From Octopus sinensis (Eukaryota), in the NCBI RefSeq assembly GCF_006345805.1, contig NC_043000.1, forward strand, positions 94,736,001 to 94,800,000: a stretch of 64,000 bases of DNA. Direction: 5' to 3'. Position numbers and translations under genes: made by a program. Position 1 is the first letter of the stretch; every line of letters starts with the position of its first letter. Positions 49,090 to 62,772 of this stretch are shown piece by piece. The notes beneath the pieces were generated by a model that did not search any database, was not told where the DNA came from, and was given only the letters and a program-made list of their open reading frames with translations.

Positions 49090-49382
49090 TGTGTATACAC
49101 CACACACACACACACACATACACACAAGGGAGATAAGCGCCCTATGAGTGAATCAAAGATTACTGGACATGACTAGTTTCGTCTGGCAGCCGTATACTCG
49201 TCAGCAGTGACTACACAATCGCGCTCGATGGTTTGGCTAAATCAGTCTGTCAGTATATATACATACCATATAAATTTATGGCTGATTTCGCGAAATCTTA
49301 ATGTTTATAATAAAATTAATAGAAACACCAATATGTTTGCTTCACCATCCTCAGAATCAATTAGCGACAGTTAAAAGTTTCC

Positions 49383-49467
<85 letters not shown>

Positions 49468-49484
49468 GGATAGATAGATAGATG

Positions 49485-49580
<96 letters not shown>
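49383..49580. repeat. (GATA)n microsatellite
   Basis: Direct simple repeat. Confidence 0.95.
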
Positions 49581-49658
49581 TTTGCATATATATATATTTG
49601 CATGTATGTTTATATATATTATTAGAGATAGCAACGCTTATAACCATCAGTTAAATCT

Positions 49659-49699
<41 letters not shown>

Positions 49700-50216
49700 C
49701 GTTTGGAATGAGTTCTCATTGTTAGCTAGTGATTACCACACACTGTTGACGGGTTACTACTCAGAAACCCGGGTCTGTGCGTATCACGTAAGGCTAGAGA
49801 TGGAAACGATGATTTCCCTTCGCAAATACTAATCAGGCACAGTGTGTCGTTAGCCAGATGGAGGATTTTTCTTCCTGGGGCTATAAACAACAGTACCATC
49901 GTCCCCTATGCGACCGCCACAATTAGGTGGGAAATATACTTCACGATTCCGTGCTGTTACTGTTTACTTCTTCTCGCTCAGAAATTTAATATTTTGTATA
50001 TATATATATATAATATATATAAATTACATATAAATTACATTCATCATCTCGTCTGTTGATAATTAACATTCTAAGTGCTTACTGACCATTATATCTCTAT
50101 GAATTAAAGAGATTAAATATATAAATTTGACTGATTTAGTTGGTATAAATATTATAAATCAATATTTATTATGTCCAAAATCAAAAAGTCGATATCAGTA
50201 TGTATATGTATATATA

Positions 50217-50257
<41 letters not shown>

Positions 50258-50275
50258 TCACACATACACATACAT

Positions 50276-50336
<61 letters not shown>

Positions 50337-50391
50337 TATATATATATAATATATATATATAGATATATATACATACATATATATATATATA

Positions 50392-50435
<44 letters not shown>

Positions 50436-50894
50436 ATAATATATATATATATATATAAACATACTAACACACACATTAAGTATTAAGTGAGAAGTAATTC
50501 TTATAAATTTCGCTGTCAACTAAATTCATTAAATCGCAGTCAGCGCAATCGCGCCACTTTTTAATACTTAGGAAATATCAAAAACACCTCCTCATATTAA
50601 GAACTGCGAATCACACATCTCCGCTGCTATTTGACACACTTGATTAATATATATTTTAAATGAATCCCACAACTCATTGCATAATGATGCTGCTGCTGAT
50701 GATGATGACGACGGTGATGATTATGATGGGCTTTTTTTCTTAGACCTTACAAGACATATTCAGTGATGTCCGACCTTGTCTTTTCTGTCGTATATATTCG
50801 GTTAATATACATCTAAGAATACGTAACGCATTGCGTTCTTTATTTCAGAGACTTAAATTGTAATAGTGATTTCACATTTAGGTAACAAACTCGA

Positions 50895-51405
50895 CAGTTT
50901 CATTGGAGGGGCAAGTCGATTACAACGAATTCAGTATTCAACTGGTACTTATTTTATCGACTCGAAAGGATAAAAGGCAAAGTTGACTTTGAACAAAAAC
51001 TGACAAAATGCTCCTTAGCATTTTACCCAGCGTGCTAACGTTTTTTATTTCTTTACTGGCCACAAGGGGCTAAACACAGAGAGGACAAACAAGGACAGAC
51101 AAACGGATCAAGTCGATTACATCGACACCAGTGCGTAACTGGTACTTGATTTATCGACCCCGAAAGGATGAAAGGCAAAGTCGACCTCGGCGGAATTTGA
51201 ACTCCGAACGTAGCGGCCGACGAAATACCTATTTCTTTACTACCCACAAGGGGCTAAACACAGAGGCGGCAAACAAGAACAGACAAACGGATTAAATCGA
51301 TTATATCGACACCAGTGCGTAACTGGTACTTATTTAATCGACCCCGAAAGGATGAAAGGTAAAGTCGACCTCGGCGGAATTTGAACTCGGCGGAATTGAG
51401 GCCGA
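50895..51405 (-). mobile_element. SINE family B head-to-tail array (two variant units plus an older copy)
   Basis: Same unit and same junction GACGAAATACCTATTTCTTTACTACCCACAAGGGGCTAAAC (51219) as in 4865-5435. Confidence 0.85.
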
Positions 51406-51519
51406 TAGAGTAAGCACTAGGTAGCGCCCCATCATGGCCACAGTCAAATTACTGACACAAACAAAAGAAAATATAAGATATATATTATATATATATATAT
51501 TATTTATATATTATATATA

Positions 51520-51585
<66 letters not shown>

Positions 51586-51592
51586 TAGATAG

Positions 51593-51636
<44 letters not shown>

Positions 51637-52199
51637 GTAATACATTAAAAGGTCAGTTTGAATCTTGCTTGCTTGCTTCCAATGTTACCCAGCCAAACTG
51701 GCGCATAATGGGAAAGTACCATGAATTAACTTACCATGAAATGTTAATACGAACGGAATAAAACAAGTTTCGCTTAAATCGTACAAGTAGTTTTAAAGAT
51801 TTTAATATATATATATATATCTTCGTGTACCCTCGAATATGAATAAGAATTTAAGGTATAGCTGTTAAATGCTAATATCGCTTGCTGCCACTAATGATAT
51901 TGTTATCCTTATCACTTATTTAGACTTGCCGCTGATAATAATATCTTTACGATTATTTATTTTGAATATTTACTCATTCTTATACATACACACACACGGA
52001 CGCGCGCGCAAACACACACACACGCGCACACACACACACACATATATGTCGTTTGATCAATAAGTATCGGGTCTGTTGCAAGATTAATGAAGCTGAAGCA
52101 TGGAGAGTCAACTTGCTTGGCACAGATTGACTTTGAACTCTTTTGCGCATGCGTACAAAGTTTTATCGCTCTAGCTCACTTCCGCTGTTTTCAGCAGTT

Positions 52200-52830
52200 C
52201 TTGGAAGGAAGGTGTATAGCGTGTTATCGACCTGGACGACATATCGGCGCCACATCAAAGCTTTAGAAAGATTCCATCAGACTTGCCTAAGGCGGATACT
52301 AGACATAAAATGGAAGTTTTTAACACCAGGCACCTTTGTTCTTCAGCAAGCTAACACATCCAGTATTCAAATGATCCTCATACGCAATCAGATGCGTTGG
52401 GTTGGGCACCTTGCTAGGATGCAGGATGACAGGTTGCCAAAGGAGTTGTTTTACGGGGAGTTGCAGCATGGCAATCGTCCGAGACATAAACCTAAGAAAC
52501 GTTTTAGGGATGCTGTTAAACTCAACTTTAAGGCTCTTAATGTGAAAGTTGAAGACTGGGAGCAGATGACGCAAGATCGATCGGTTTGGAAACAAGTGAT
52601 CTACAATATATACAAAGCATTTAAAGCTCGAAGAATTAAACAATCTATCTTGAAAGGAGCACTTCATAGACAGGACTTAACTACAATTCCAGACACTTTT
52701 CTGCTTAAAAATATTAGTAAGATCTGCAGTAGAGTTTGTTTGTCAAGATCAGGACTTGCTAGTGATATACGATCCCATGACAGTATTTATTAATTGAAGA
52801 GATTGCCTTCTTCTGTAAAGAAGTGGCAAT
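52200..52830 (+). mobile_element. RTE-clade LINE 3' fragment followed by (ATGT)n
   Basis: TWTTYRRHIKALERFHQTCLRRIL...QMRWVGHLARMQDDRLPKELFYGEL...KPKKRFRD; C-terminal CSRVCLSRSGLAS..RSH; ends CAATCATC-ATGTATGT. Confidence 0.88.
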
Positions 52831-52841
52831 CATCATGTATG

Positions 52842-52875
<34 letters not shown>

Positions 52876-53706
52876 TGTATGTATGTATGTATATTGTGTA
52901 AATAATACAAGTTTAACCTTTTAACATATGTAGAGAATAATTTAATTCTATCTGTTTATATCTACGAAAGTTAAAAATATAAAGATATGTTTCACAGAAT
53001 AAGTGTTTTGTATCATAGTTCAACTGAAATTATATTGGAATACCTATTTTTGAAGTGAGTTTGGCGTATTTAATTTATATAAACTTATATAACGAAAGTG
53101 ATAAGAATGGCAGGAAACAAAGAAAGATATTATTGAAGTCGCAAGTTGATTCCAGTGTTTTCTATAGAAAAAGTTTTTATATACATTTTTACATAATACA
53201 TTTTTTTTTCTTTAGATAGTATACGAAAACTCATACTTAACTGACCTGGATTTCGTTTCGCTGATTTCAGCTTCCATATTTTATTCTTATTTGAAATCAT
53301 GCGTGGTTTAATGATTAAATAATCGTGTTTCTTCTTCTTTGATATATTCACTAGATTGCAGTCATGCCGGGGCATCACCTTGAAAGGTTAGCTGAACAAC
53401 CATCACCAGTAATTATATCTTTCAGTTTGGTGCTTCTTTTATAGATCCCTTTTCGAAACAAGTTAATTATGGTGAAGTAAACTAACCGACGGTTTCCAAG
53501 ATGTGATGGAGCAAACACTAACTGAAAATCATCGGTCAAATTCACTTACAAACGACTGTTCCCTCGTGTGTTATACTAGAAGACATTAGGCAAGTGTGCA
53601 GCGCAGTGTACCCGTAAATGGTTGCAGAGTGAGCATGTGAACCACACAATCATGTGTCTGTGCATATGTGTGAGTGTGTGTGTGACTGTGTATATATGTA
53701 CGTATA

Positions 53707-53768
<62 letters not shown>

Positions 53769-53827
53769 TATATAAATATATATATTATTATATACATATA
53801 TACACATATATATATATATACATACAT

Positions 53828-53859
<32 letters not shown>

Positions 53860-53929
53860 GTATATTATATATATATATATATATATAATATATATATATA
53901 TATATTCGCCATGATAGATCGCTAGCCAT

Positions 53930-54090
53930 ACCTTTTTCTATTTTCTGTCCCTGTTTATTTCTGTGTTCCTTTCTGTGGAAGAGCGTAGACTCGAAACGTA
54001 AAAGACTTTATCGATTCCCGAGTGTAAACTAATATATCTGTTTGTTGTTTACACACCTGTTTTCGTCTTTTGTTTTCTTCTAAATTCTCT
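53930..54090 (+). mobile_element. Penelope-like-element-type remnant carrying a degenerate minimal hammerhead (53969-54004)
   Basis: CUUU-CUGUGGA-A-GAGC-GUAG-ACUC-GAAAC-GUA-AAAG: 4-bp helix I, helix II with 3 of 4 pairs, palindromic ACGU helix III, and core substitution A6>U. Confidence 0.5.
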
Positions 54091-54101
54091 CTCTCTCTCT
54101 C

Positions 54102-54152
<51 letters not shown>

Positions 54153-55885
54153 TATATATATATACACCATATATGTATGTATTGATAGATAAATTTGTTT
54201 GTATTCGGCTGAATATGTAAATACAAATATCTAAGTAGGTGTAAAAACATGAATATTCTGTTTTATTTTAATATTTTCTTATCTCGTACTTCAGTACAAA
54301 GATTGAGAAATTAAATCAATATATTAATTTGTGCCTCTTATTTTCGTCAGTATCCATGCATATATGTTTGTACTATGTCTATGTACTGGTTTTCCTCTAT
54401 ATTTCACTTACGACTGTCTTCAGTATGAATTGTGAAATAGTAAAAATTTCCTTCATATTTATATTGAAATATCGATTCCATTCTTCACATAAACATAGGT
54501 AAATATGAATGTGTAATTGTTCCGGTTTTAGAATGTGGGTGTGTGCGTTTGCATTTGTGTATGTGCTCCTATGTGTGTGGACTTATTTGTGCGTGTGCGT
54601 ATTTGTGACGTGCGTGTGTATGTATTTTACTGTTTGTTGTCGTCCTTATTATTATTATACACTTATTTTTTTTTTTACTCCTATGCTGTATATATGAGGC
54701 CAGATCGATGCCCGCCATAGCAACATATATCTGATATTGATGAAATGTTATTTCGCAGACACTGCAAACTACAAATCCCTTGAAGTTTTATCTCCGTGAC
54801 TACGCATCTTAAAATCTTTACATTTGTCAGGTACAGAGATATAATAAGCAAACACACATTCAATTTTACTAGTAGTAATGATATTGACCAAATGCGCTTC
54901 TTTGCCCCGTTATTTATTCATTAAATTTATATGTTTATTTATTCGTTTTCACCTTACGGTCAATGATATTTCTTCGGGACAATACGATCTAATGTAACGA
55001 GCGTATTATTGAACATAACAAGGGAAATTAGCCTAAAACTTTAGTAAACAAACGCGGTATTTGTATTGCTTGTGCTGCTTTAACTATTGCCAGTATAGAT
55101 ATACAATTATATAGTATAATACGACTGCATGGTGAAAGCTTCAGTTTGCCCTGTATTTAAGCTATCTTTTGCTATCTTTTTGCTTCTTTTTCATCAATAG
55201 TTCTTCTTTGGGTTTTATTTACCTGTCAGTTTATTTTCCTAATTTAATCTTTCTGAATTTTCGTTTTGAATTGTGAAATTAATAGCGACCGTAACACATG
55301 TCCACGAGCAGAAAAGTCAGAACCGTGCTTCTCCAGCACATTAACGACACTGTTTTACATGAGATTACCACACCGAAGGGCCCTTAACATTGTCGTTCAA
55401 CTGAGCTAGAAATATCAGCCAAATTCTTCTTAAATCTTACATTTACTGTATTAAAACAGGAAGGTTTTATACGATGTAACTAATATATAAAATGGCAGGC
55501 GGTCTACAGTTGCAATGTCTTTGATCATAGTCGGCTGAGTGTAGAGGTAAACAGAAACGTCTGCACGGTAGAATACAGGACACGGTAGAAAAACGTTCCA
55601 TGTTTTACACGGCCATTTGTGCGCTGGTTGTCTTCATACAGCTAAAGGTGTCTTCATGCAGCTAAAGTATTATTGTTTCTTTCAGTTAATATCATGGTTT
55701 TCACCGGTGTAAAAAATGCCGTTTCCCATTGAAACGATTATCAGGCATAATGAATGTAGTGGTGTTTTGTTGCAACCGGTACATCCACTTACAGTCATTT
55801 TGGTATTTCTTCTTACTTTATAAAGTTTTGCATTACATCAGAAAATAAAAATAAAGATACATAGATATGCGTTTATATATATATA

Positions 55886-55952
<67 letters not shown>

Positions 55953-56051
55953 GGAGTTGGACAAAATATCAACCAAACTATAAAGAAATAATGCGGAGAG
56001 CTTCTAACAATTCAAAGAAGGAATACATAAATTCGTTAATTTCTCATAATA

Positions 56052-56727
56052 TTGCGTTGAGTCAAAAACCTTACAATATTTTGGTAACTTATTTGTTTTA
56101 ATCGTCAAGTTACAATAAAAGTAGTCTAGCATTCGATGTAGGGGACATCGTGTTGCACTCTCTAAATCCACCTTTCTGCCAGTTTGTTAATCCCATCCCG
56201 ACTCCATTACTTGTCCTTCGAGATGAAGAACTCTTTCACTGGATATTCCACCTCTCCTTGTTTGATGAAGCATCGCGAGCGCAGGAAGTGGGCCATGGAT
56301 CAGAACAAGTCACTATCCGTGGAAGCTAGATCCGGACTATATGCTGGGTGTGGCATCCCTCAAGTTCCTAGAGTTTATTCTAGGTTGTTCGAGCGGTATG
56401 AAGTCTTACGTTGTCGTATTTCAGGTCCCGGAAGCTGGCTATTCCTTAAGCACTGCTTATGTATTCAATTTCCATTGAATTATTACTTGTTCAAATCTAC
56501 GGTTCCCTTCCTGCGCTCGCGACGCTTCATCAACCAGAGGAGGTGGCAGTTTCAACGTATGAGTTCGTCACCTCGAACTACAAGTACTGGTGTCAGAACG
56601 GGATTTTAAAAAAACTTGCAGAAAGGTGGCTTCAGATAGAGCAACACAACGGCCTCTATTTCGAATGCCAGGCTTTGATGGGAAAAACTTGATGGGAAAA
56701 ACAAATAAGTTACCAGACTCAACACCA
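56052..56727. mobile_element. two mariner 3' halves joined as an inverted pair
   Basis: Minus arm (56052-~56424): DNVRLHTAR...MPHPAYSPDLAS...FLRSRCF...KLAERW. Plus arm (~56430-56727): YYLFKS..FLRSRRF...KLAERWLQ. Both end in the TIR-proximal AAAACAAATAAGTTACCA...GACTCAAC. Confidence 0.8.
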
Positions 56728-56816
56728 CATCTCGGATAAAACAGCTATCAACAGAGGAAATCAGTAATGAATGCTTTCATTGGATTGGAGGAAACTCTCC
56801 GTATTATTTCTTTTAC

Positions 56817-56975
56817 TAAGACAGTGAGCTGACAGAATCGTTGCCATGCGGGGCGAAATGTTTAACAGTATTTTGTCTATCTTCTGAGTTTATATTCCAC
56901 CGAGGTCGACTTTGCCTCTTATTATTTCGGAGTCGATAAAATAAATTTCTGGCCTTGTGTATATAGAAGAAAATA
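56817..56975 (+). mobile_element. SINE family B copy
   Basis: GACAGTGAGCTGACAGAATCGTT...CCACCGAGGTCGACTTTGCC...GGCCTTGTG. Confidence 0.75.
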
Positions 56976-58149
56976 TTATTTATATTACTATTTTCCTATA
57001 GTTGTTGTGGTACTTTTTTTCTTTTGTTATTTAGCCCCAGATTAGTGAATGCAATTTTGTTCAAGAACGTTCCGGCCTTGATCACTCAACCGGAAAGTAC
57101 TGATCTAAAACCACATTATCCTTTTCGTACCTCACTTTTCAATATAGTATAATGCATTTGAGAGTAATTTTGACTTCTGTTTCGAGCAGATCGAGTGATT
57201 GCCTAGAAACTCCCACAGTGAATGGTATGTTATTATACTATTTTCACCTGTGGGGAGAGCTCAAAATCAGTGATTCAAAAATTAGCCAAACCGATATCGT
57301 TTTCTAATAGGAACCAATTCTTTCACTTCCATCGTAAAAGCGTTGAAGAAAGATATGAATGGCACTCACTCTGCTAATCTTGTCTATATTATTTTTGTAA
57401 ATTTGTGCGTAAGAAAATAGGAATTACCGATAATAGCATTTTTTTCTGACACAAGCATATCCATTGCTAAAAAGCTTTTATGTCGATAGCTATTAATGAA
57501 CTTATTCAACCTTCTAGTAGGTTTTCAATTATCCAAAGTAAGTTCTCAAAATTTAAGGAAATATTCGGTTAATATGTATTGTCTAAAACATCCAAAAAAT
57601 CGATAAATATTTTCTAGTCCAGTCATAATGTTATCTTTATATTGTTGAGAATAAGATTGTATTTTTAAAAAAGCGATGCAATGTTTAAACAAAGTCCCAT
57701 TGTTCAGGAGACTGAGCACACAACATGAGTCAACAACACTAGACCCAGTTTCCGTTAAATTAGATATGAAATATCACCGTGAATCCTTTACAAATATCTC
57801 AGTAACATAAGGACCCAATCTACTGGTGATAATGTACGTAGAACGATTGGATCAGGCAAATATATCGAACAACTTTTAATAAAATATGTTGTGCAGTCAA
57901 AAGTAAGAAAACACAGCAGAAAACTTAAAGCAGTCCGACATTGATAGCAGAAAGGCATTCAATTCCACGTCCAGCTCGTTTCTACAGAATTCACTGAGTG
58001 GAAAAAATATCGGCTGCCTTAATTGTTGTCATCGAAATGTTCCTAGTTTACATTCTTCACACTTGAAATTGAAAGTAGAACGATTGTTTTGTGCCGTCAT
58101 AAATATTTCAACGAGATTATTCCGAAGCGACTATCCACCTATGCTTCTG

Positions 58150-59803
58150 ATTATTATCGAAACGAGAAAGATGTAGAGTTCAAGGCAAGTCAAGAATGGA
58201 ACATCAGATTTAAGGAGTGACAAAGTTATCACTCCATTAAGAAGGAAGGTGAAAGTGCATCAGCTGACGAATAAGCAACAGCGGAATTTCGAACACGAAC
58301 CTGGATTATATTGGAAAAAATGCCAGACCGTTTATTCATTTTCAGGGAGGAGAAAACTATTCCAGGCTACAAGGTCTTAAAGGAACGCGTGATCATTATG
58401 TTGGGAGGTGATTATGCAGGAGATTTTAAATTAAAGCCATTGCTTGTGTATCATGCACACAAACCCCGTGCTCTGAAGAATATACCCAAGGCAGCTCTCT
58501 ATTAGATGGGTGGCTTACTCAAAAGCATGGATTAATGTCGCTGTTTTTGAAGATTGGTTCTTCAATCATTTTATCCCAGCATCAGAAAAGTACTGTAAGG
58601 AGAAAGGGATTCCTTTTAAGGTTTTATTTTAGATAATGCTCCTGGCCACACGCAAAACATCGTAGATTTTGACCCGAACGTTACCGTCGTATACCTGCCT
58701 CCGAACGCCACGTCTCTTTTTCAGCCAATGGATCAGAGAATAATTGCTATCTTCAAGTGTTACTATATGAAACGTACGCTGCAACAAGCAATAGCTGCAA
58801 CTGATCTTGATGAGTCCATCACACTTCGTGACTTTTGAAAAAGATACGATATCTTACAAGGCTGTGCAGAACATAGCAGCTGTATGGAATGATGTACAGA
58901 GCTCGGTTATGAATGGTGTATGGAATAAGCTATGCCCGCAATTCGTGAGTGATTTTAAGGGGTTTGATAATGTAGCCGTCAACAAACCGTTGATGACTAC
59001 GAGCAAAGAACTGGAAATGGATTTGGAGGAGGAGGATTTCACAGATTTATTTGAAAAGGACAAGCAGCCCCTGGCAAACGAGGATTTGATAGAACTTCAC
59101 GAGCAGCAAAATAAAGAAGAGAAAGTTGAACCTCAGCCACATCACTTTACCATTAAGAAAATGCGGCAAGCATTTGCATTTATCGAAAAAGGTCTTTCTA
59201 TGTTCGAGGATATGGTTCCAAATGCTCAACATTTTCCCAAGATTATGGGGGCTTGTCACGAAGCTTATAATGTAATTCTAGAGAGAAAAAAAATAATAAG
59301 ACAGTTCAAAGAACACTCAATTGTTTTTTTAAGTGCATCGAACAAGAACAGCCAGAGTCAGCTGTTGATATTGACGATCCACCGCCATCTACATCCGCGT
59401 ACGTATTGGCAAATTTAAAATATTTTTTTTTATTATTGCAAAATAATAATTACTGAATTTGTTTTTTAAGCTTAAAAAAGGCTTTATTTTACCATGTCTT
59501 ATTGCAAACCGCACTCATAAATAAAGCGTCCGCGATGTACAATAAACACCGCCAAATTGTTTTCGTAAATTTAGATTACTTTTTTTTTACTGTGTTGTAT
59601 TAAAAAAAAATTTGTTTGTAAGCTTGAAATAGGTTTTTATTAACCATGTATTAATGAAAATGCATTCATAAATAAAGTACAGAGCTGGGAATGGATATTA
59701 TCGGTTTAGCCTAGAGACAAGTAAATTCAGCCTAGCCTAGCCCAGAGAAAGTTAATTCGACTTAAGTCGTGTCACGTGGACCAATTAGGGTGAGGTATAC
59801 CTG
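58150..59803 (+). mobile_element. Tigger/pogo-family transposon, 5'-truncated and inactive
   Basis: EFKAS..W..RFK; GLYWKKMPDR; GDFKLKPLLVYH; WFFNHFIP; LDNAPGH-...-LPPNATSLFQPMD (32 residues between the Ds). The right end GAGGTATACCTG-TA is a Tigger-type TIR (CAGGTATACCTC). Confidence 0.9.
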
Positions 59804-59904
59804 TATAATACCATACGCAGAAAAAACTACTCTAGAATAAATATATCACCTTTGCTACTGGATACATACATTCACATCAACAAGAGGACAATTGGTTCCA
59901 AATT

Positions 59905-60110
59905 TTTGTACAAGGCTTGTGATTTCGGGGTAAGTTGTAAGTTGATTACATCGTCCCTAGCGTTTAACTGGCATTTATTTTATCGACTACGAAAGGATGA
60001 AAAACAAAATCGACTCTGGCAGCATTTGAACTCCGAATGTATAGACAGAGGGAATGGCACCCAAGCATTTTTCCTGACGCAGTCGCGATTTTGTCAGCTC
60101 CCGGCCCTCA
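59905..60110 (-). mobile_element. SINE family B copy, diverged
   Basis: TTTTATCGACTACGAAAGGATGAA...TTTGAACTCCGAA matches the family B reverse complement. Confidence 0.65.
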
Positions 60111-60284
60111 ACACAAGGAATTATTGATAAAATTTTCTCATAATTTTTTTTTTGTACCAAGTGCAAACATGACAGACATGATATTGTTATTTGCGGGGGC
60201 GGGGGGGAATTCATAGACGTTAGTTAATATGCAAATATGGACATCACTTCCAAAATGTGCCTCAAAAAGAAAATTTACGGACAA

Positions 60285-60455
60285 CATCGAGGGCATAGTT
60301 GTATGGTAAGAAATTTGCTTCTGAATTGCATGGTTTCGGCTTCAATCACATTGCGGGACAATTTAGGCAATTGTCAACCACTATGGCCCCGAACCTTCCA
60401 AAGCTTTTGGATTTAGTAGGTAGAAACTGAAAGAGAAAAGCCATGTGTATGTATA

Positions 60456-60521
<66 letters not shown>

Positions 60522-60910
60522 TATGTATATATATATGTATGTGTGTGTATGTATATATATATATATATGTGTGTGTATATGTGTGTTATGCATGTATGTA
60601 TATATATATATATGCATATTTGTGCGTATGTATATATATATATATATGTACGTGTGTGTGTGTATGTATATGTGAGTGTCTGTGTGTTTGCGTGTGAATA
60701 TATTTGTGTGTGTGCTTGTGTTTGTCTTTATGTTTGTGTCCATCCACAACCATCGCTTGACAACATAGCGGTTCGGCATTGAAAACCGATAATATAAGTA
60801 GAAAACTTTTTAAATAAGTACTCGGGTCGACTCATCGACTAAAGCACTTCGAAGCGGTGACCCAGCGCGGGCGCAGTTCAATTTTTGAAACAAGTGGAAG
60901 ATAAAACATA
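60285..60910 (+). mobile_element. SINE family A with an expanded internal TA/TG microsatellite
   Basis: Head to ...GAAACTGAAAGA at ~60433, ~280 bp of TA/TG repeats, then body GCTTGACAAC...GCGGTTCGGCA...GGTCGA...GAAACAAG. Confidence 0.75.
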
Positions 60911-61982
60911 ACAGTTTCTATATCTTCAACTCCTCTGCCCTGGTTATAAATTTACGTTTATACCCATAATCATTGGTGCACTTCATTATATTAGTAAATG
61001 TGTGAGTGACAAGCTAGTAAAGCTGGATGTATTCATTTATTTGTATATTTATGTATTTATTTATCGATTTATTTTGGGGAAAGAAAATGCCATCTTATGC
61101 AAACTTTAGAATATAAACTATTAGTGGAATAGTAAAAGTATGCAAGAGTTTTTAAAGTTCAAAATGTAACAACTATCGCAGCTGCTCTCCAAATTCTTCT
61201 AAGAGCGCTTTTGTTTCATTGTAGGAAACTAGCTCCCTCCTTCTAGAAACAATTTTAAGAAATACTCATTTTGTTTTGTTTTGTGTTTTTCTTTTCTTTG
61301 TTTTTATATATATTTCCACACTTTAAAATTATTCTATGGTACTTATTCTTTCAGTTTCTTTTGCCGAACCGCTAGTTGCAGTGATGTAACAAAGTGGTTT
61401 TCAAATAATAAAGAAACAAATACAAACGTAAAGGCTCGCACAAACATATCTACATACTCACACAGTGGGACTGAACGACCCGAAGCGAAATTCTTTGTCA
61501 CACATCCATGCCTAGTAAACATACATAGAAGAATATTTTCTCGCGATATAATTTTGCCGTTGTAAGATATAACATGCAATATTGCATAGATGAAATAATT
61601 ATAATTTTGTTCCGTTCAAATATTATGTTGCTTATACAAAATAATTAAATGAATAATAATTTTTGAAATAAATATATTTATTAAATTCAAGTTTTATTAA
61701 ATGATATGCATTTCTCAGTTGTGTATCGGTAACGTATATATGTTATCAACAACAATAATACTGTTTAACCATCAACTAATTACAGATGTTATATGGTAGG
61801 ATCTAACCCTCACTGCCAAAAGAATGTTATCGACATTAACTATTGCACTCTGGTATGTATACACTAATCAAGAGAGATAAATTACATTGACATTAGATAT
61901 ATATGACTTTGGAAAATAGAATGAGACAGAGAAACATACTACCAATTATATTAATAGCTATTCAGATACAACTTATATGGGA

Positions 61983-62535
61983 GTAAGCATAGCCGTTCCA
62001 CTAGGAATGTGCACCAAAGAAGAACAAAAAGCATTGATCCGATTTCTGTAATTGGAAAGTGTGTTGGATGCTGAAAATTATCCACGATCTCGAATTCCAT
62101 AACTTCTTGAGGTCTGCCAACGTTTACTCGATCGCTACAACAATGAGGGCGAAGAATTTTTGAGCAGAATAGTCACAGGAGGGGAAGCGTAGGTCCATCA
62201 TTATGAGGCAGAATCCAAAAGACAGAGTATGGAATGGAAACATTCTGGTTTGCTAGCAACGAAGAAATTCAAGACTCAGTTATCCGCTGAAAAGGTAGTG
62301 CTCGCTCTTTTTCGTGACTCAAATTCGTCTATACTGGAAGACTACCTGGAAAAGGAGTGTACGATCAACAGCGCAAGATACAGTGCTATGTTAGCCAACA
62401 AACTGAAGCCAGCAATGTGCACTAAACGCAGAAGCATATTCTCGAAAGATTTTTGTTGTTGCATGAAAATGGACGCTCACACACGGCCACCAAAACCGTT
62501 GAAACCATTAATCAATTGTGCTAAAAGCCTCCGAT
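61983..62535 (+). mobile_element. mariner transposase relic (N-terminus to catalytic core, deleted)
   Basis: CTKEEQKALIRFL; FLSRIVTGGEA*VHHYEAESKRQSMEWKH; KKFKTQLSAEKVVL; TINSARYS. Confidence 0.85.
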
Positions 62536-62772
62536 GAATTTCAACACCTGACACACAGATCACTGCTCTTTGTTCTTTGGTGCACATTGCTAGTGGAACG
62601 GCTATGCTTACCTTGTAAAGTCAGAAAGAAAAATGGCAGGATCAGGCTCAAACTTCGATTCGATCACGTAACCACAATAGTACCAACAATAAGCACGCAT
62701 GCGCAGAAGACAGTGTGACAATAATAAAGATATTTTATAGCGAAAGTGCGGTTAATTTTTGACTTCACCTCG
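62536..62772 (-). mobile_element. mariner 5' end with TIR (same family as the preceding relic, inverted)
   Basis: The reverse complement begins TA-CGAGGTGAAGTCAAAAATTAACCGCAC and contains GTAAGCATAGCCGTTCCACTAGCAATGTGCACCAAAGAA, nearly identical to 61983-62022. Confidence 0.85.
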
